DNA of 56,232 nucleotides from a virus (Duplodnaviria; Caudoviricetes): IMG/VR virus record IMGVR_UViG_3300028027_000068, positions 1 to 56,232 of that record; one strand, 5' to 3'. Shown piece by piece: positions 53,441 to 56,232 of this stretch (position 1 is its first letter; each line of letters starts with the position of its first letter). The notes under the pieces were generated by a model. It saw only the letters and a program-made list of their open reading frames with translations, ran no database searches and was not told where the DNA came from. The position numbers and the translations under genes were made by a program.

Positions 53441-55687
53441 TTAAAGTGGGTCGAAACGCAATCTGCAACGGCAGTTTATTGTCAAATGAGGTGGCGCAGA
53501 TGGGTCTCCAGGGAAGCGCATCTTCGTGCCCTCCACATCAAAGGAATCTCCTACGTCAACCGTCTTTCCCTGCATTAGAAGGTGTTCGGGTCTAACTTTT
53601 GCATCTTTACGAGTTACCCATGTCTTTGTCGGGGAACCAAGAAGCCTGCTTGCGAAGTACGTACCGGCATTGTATGCAGATTGTGCTTCGTGTTCGGCAA
53701 TCATTCGTCGGCGCTTGGAGAGCAGGTTGAGGAATATTGCAGCTAGTGCCGCTTTTAACATTCCAGACCTGTCTTCATCAGATTGCAAAGATTGCGCTAT
53801 GAGTATGGCCGCAAGAATTTCTTCTTTTGTCGTATTATTAACCTGCTGCGCCCTGGCTATCTGCTCATCCATGTAGGTGTTGAGCTCTTCTTCATCAATC
53901 TCGACGGGCATCCCAGTCTTCTGAGAAGCAAGCCGTGCCGAGTCCTCAATGATTGCCTTAATTACAGGACGAAGGTCTTCAGCAAGCTGCTTATTCCAAA
54001 CCTCGGTATCGAATATTGAATCTCCTTCAAGCTTCCCGGCATCAAGATTTCTTTTTGCTTTTGTGCCGTTAGCCTTCTCGGAAATAACTCTATTCTGCCT
54101 ATCAAAAAGACGCTCAAGGCTTCTATCCATGATTTCTACCCATCGGTCAGAGTCCTGCTCTGCTTTTGTATCCCATTCATCAATAGCCATGTTTAAAGAC
54201 TTGAAGTGAAGTTCATTAAGGTTCTCTGAAAGGCCTTGTATTGGTCCAACTTCAGTTGGGATGGTCTGAGCTGTAGCTTCTTGAGCCAATGCTGCTGTCA
54301 TTCCTTCCTGAGGGGCTGCTGGAGGGGCACCAATCATCCCAGCGTCCTGTCCAAGCACTCCACCGGGCATCGGTGGCATTCCAGGCATTTGAGGGGCTCC
54401 TGGGGCTGCTTGCTGAGCTCCCATCATGTCAACCTGTTGCTGCTGGGTGGAGTCAAATGGCTTATCTGTATATCCAATCGGAGTCAAGTTAGGGTTGGCT
54501 AACATTGCGTTCATCAAGTCTGAGTCAATTTCTTTTTTGCCAGTACCTACGCGATATTCATTGGGACTAATAAGCCCGGCCTGAAGTTCGTCCATCAAAT
54601 AGCGTTCACGCTCCTGCTTGTACAAAACAAGTACTGGAACTTGAGAGGTATCAAAGTCAACGTAATACTCGGGGTCCAAGTTATCCAAAGCTCTGGCCAT
54701 CTGCATTAGGTGAGGCATCATTGTCTCCACCCAAAAGACTCTAATTTCTTCGCCGGCATTAGAGAACGTACGACCAGCAGCGTTACCAATAACAGACTCG
54801 GGAACACCAAAGGCTGAAAGAATTTCTTCTTTTGTAATTTGACGCATTTGAATATATGCGGCATCTCGGGGTGATGCCCCGGTATCAACAAAGTCAACGC
54901 CTTCATCTGAGGACAGCACGGTTACAGCACCGCTCTTTGACAGGTTTCCACGGAATCTGCTGCGCAGCTCATCCTTGTCGTCGTCATCAATTTCACCGCG
55001 TACAACAAGCAATCCGCCCGGACGACCGTCATTCAACAAAAAGTTTCTGTTGTATATCTTTGCCAGGTTTTCAATTTCTATTGCTATTCCTGCTGATTCC
55101 ATCGGAGTCATTGACAAGTAGGGGTCCAGGGGGTGAGGTCTTCTAACCCAAATAACATCTTCAGGCTTGAGAATTATCTTGGTGCCATTACGCATGTCCA
55201 CCTCAAAACCAGAAACAAACGTTTTTGGGTCAGGTATAGGAGACGTATGCTGCGGCGGTAAAAGATGCAAGGCAACTATTTCACCATTGCGGCCTCTTAC
55301 TTTTTCAATAAAAGCACCGCGGCTAGACATTAGTAGCTGTGAAGATAGACGGTATCTAAAAATAAAAGAGTTTTCACCCTGGTTAGACGTCGAGTTAAGA
55401 ATGTCAAGAAGGGGGTTTTTCTTGCGGAGGATTTCACCATCTGGAGAATTGTCCATACGGAGAATCATTGGAAGTCGTGCTTGGTTTCCAGCAATGGCGT
55501 CTATACACCTGCTTACCCACGTTACTTTTTGTACGCCTTCTCGGTACGCGCGCTCAATATCCCAAGAGTCTTTGTACGGACGTCCAGCTATTGATGGGTT
55601 GTACGCAACGGGTGCGCCCGGACCAATCTGGCCCGCTTTTCTCTCAAAATTGTCATTGAGGCTCTTGTTGCTAATATTCCAGGCCAT
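53441..55687 (-). CDS. HK97-type portal protein fused to MuF-like head morphogenesis domain
   Basis: CIDAIA, N...PGG.L, EI..AFGVP; C-terminal KTW...D.KVR..H...FPGDP...INCRC. Confidence 0.92.
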   Translation of the reverse strand: MAWNISNKSLNDNFERKAGQIGPGAPVAYNPSIAGRPYKDSWDIERAYREGVQKVTWVSRCIDAIAGNQARLPMILRMDNSPDGEILRKKNPLLDILNSTSNQGENSFIFRYRLSSQLLMSSRGAFIEKVRGRNGEIVALHLLPPQHTSPIPDPKTFVSGFEVDMRNGTKIILKPEDVIWVRRPHPLDPYLSMTPMESAGIAIEIENLAKIYNRNFLLNDGRPGGLLVVRGEIDDDDKDELRSRFRGNLSKSGAVTVLSSDEGVDFVDTGASPRDAAYIQMRQITKEEILSAFGVPESVIGNAAGRTFSNAGEEIRVFWVETMMPHLMQMARALDNLDPEYYVDFDTSQVPVLVLYKQERERYLMDELQAGLISPNEYRVGTGKKEIDSDLMNAMLANPNLTPIGYTDKPFDSTQQQQVDMMGAQQAAPGAPQMPGMPPMPGGVLGQDAGMIGAPPAAPQEGMTAALAQEATAQTIPTEVGPIQGLSENLNELHFKSLNMAIDEWDTKAEQDSDRWVEIMDRSLERLFDRQNRVISEKANGTKAKRNLDAGKLEGDSIFDTEVWNKQLAEDLRPVIKAIIEDSARLASQKTGMPVEIDEEELNTYMDEQIARAQQVNNTTKEEILAAILIAQSLQSDEDRSGMLKAALAAIFLNLLSKRRRMIAEHEAQSAYNAGTYFASRLLGSPTKTWVTRKDAKVRPEHLLMQGKTVDVGDSFDVEGTKMRFPGDPSAPPHLTINCRCRLRFDPL

Positions 55688-55697
55688 GATTTAGTAT

Positions 55698-55913
55698 TTA
55701 TTCCTGTCCTAGGAGAAAACCGAACAAACCACAAGATACGCCGGCGCATATAAATCCGGCGGGTACGTACACCAAAAAACATCCAATAGTAGTAAACAGT
55801 ATAAACGAAGTCATCATTAAATTGGCGGCTGACCCTCTATTAGAATTGGCTTTGAACTTTATAGTACACCAATCTACAAATCTCTTAAACGATGACTGAT
55901 TATCTTCCGGCAT
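55698..55913 (-). CDS. Small membrane protein upstream of portal
   Basis: Two hydrophobic helices; GAGGAG RBS. Confidence 0.65.
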   Translation of the reverse strand: MPEDNQSSFKRFVDWCTIKFKANSNRGSAANLMMTSFILFTTIGCFLVYVPAGFICAGVSCGLFGFLLGQE

Positions 55914-55978
55914 TCGGCCTGCTCCTCGGGTTTGTCATTGCATACTAATCTATACCTATACCTTACGAAGGGCAAGCA

Positions 55979-56232
55979 ATGACTGACTGGAATAAAGTAC
56001 TCGAATATCTTGAACCAAAGATTTCAGAGTTCTCCGCTGAAAAGCCATCCATAACCCAAAAGGTATTTCTAAGAAGCAATTCCCTGGAGGCGCTATTCGG
56101 CGGCGCTGCCGGCGGTGGAAAGTCATCTGCCCTCCTAATGTCTGCCTTGCAATACGTAGACGTCCCTGGATATTCTGCAATCCTTTTCCGTCGAACATTT
56201 GCCGACTTATCGCTCCCTGGAGCACTTATGGA
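55979..56232 (+). CDS. Terminase large subunit, N-terminal part (runs off the window)
   Basis: Not in ORF track; translates as MTDWNKVLEYLEPK...TQKVFL...EALFGGAAGGGKSSALL..ALQY...AILFRRT (Walker A of terminase ATPase). Confidence 0.88.
   Translation, partial: MTDWNKVLEYLEPKISEFSAEKPSITQKVFLRSNSLEALFGGAAGGGKSSALLMSALQYVDVPGYSAILFRRTFADLSLPGALM

Noticed and set aside
55956-56225. 89 aa minus-strand ORF in the track
   Set aside because: Antisense to the large terminase start on the plus strand
1-56232. Stop-codon reassignment
   Set aside because: Long ORFs are intact in the standard code and no suppressor tRNA was found

Overview
A 56 kb segment of a large tailed dsDNA phage (HK97-fold capsid), most likely infecting Actinomycetota: two WhiB genes, an Rpf-like transglycosylase, ThyX, class II RNR and many leaderless TANNNT promoters. 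The left third (1-19.8 kb) is an early/replication region with a HARP-SNF2 helicase, a primase-helicase, DUF932, a thioredoxin, a putative small terminase and three tRNAs. The right two thirds (20-55.9 kb, minus strand) is a greatly expanded head module: portal-MuF fusion, a 1058 aa prohead protease, and about 30 kb of giant multidomain proteins on both sides of the major capsid gene. The large terminase starts on the plus strand at the window edge. Most notable is a candidate virion-cargo polyprotein system. The protease and four other proteins share a ~23 aa tag (FDPxAIDxDxDGxVQExTxFERP). Their effector-like domains (ADP-ribosyltransferases, zincin peptidases, Nudix, HicA, OGFr-like, zeta kinase) are separated by about 20 copies of a short linker, basic-[LIV]-[ST]-G-[AS]-[MIV]. 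One tagged gene appears to be fused to a zeta-toxin domain by a programmed -1 frameshift (A AAA AAA, 6 nt spacer, strong hairpin). All family assignments are from motif recognition by eye; no searches were run.
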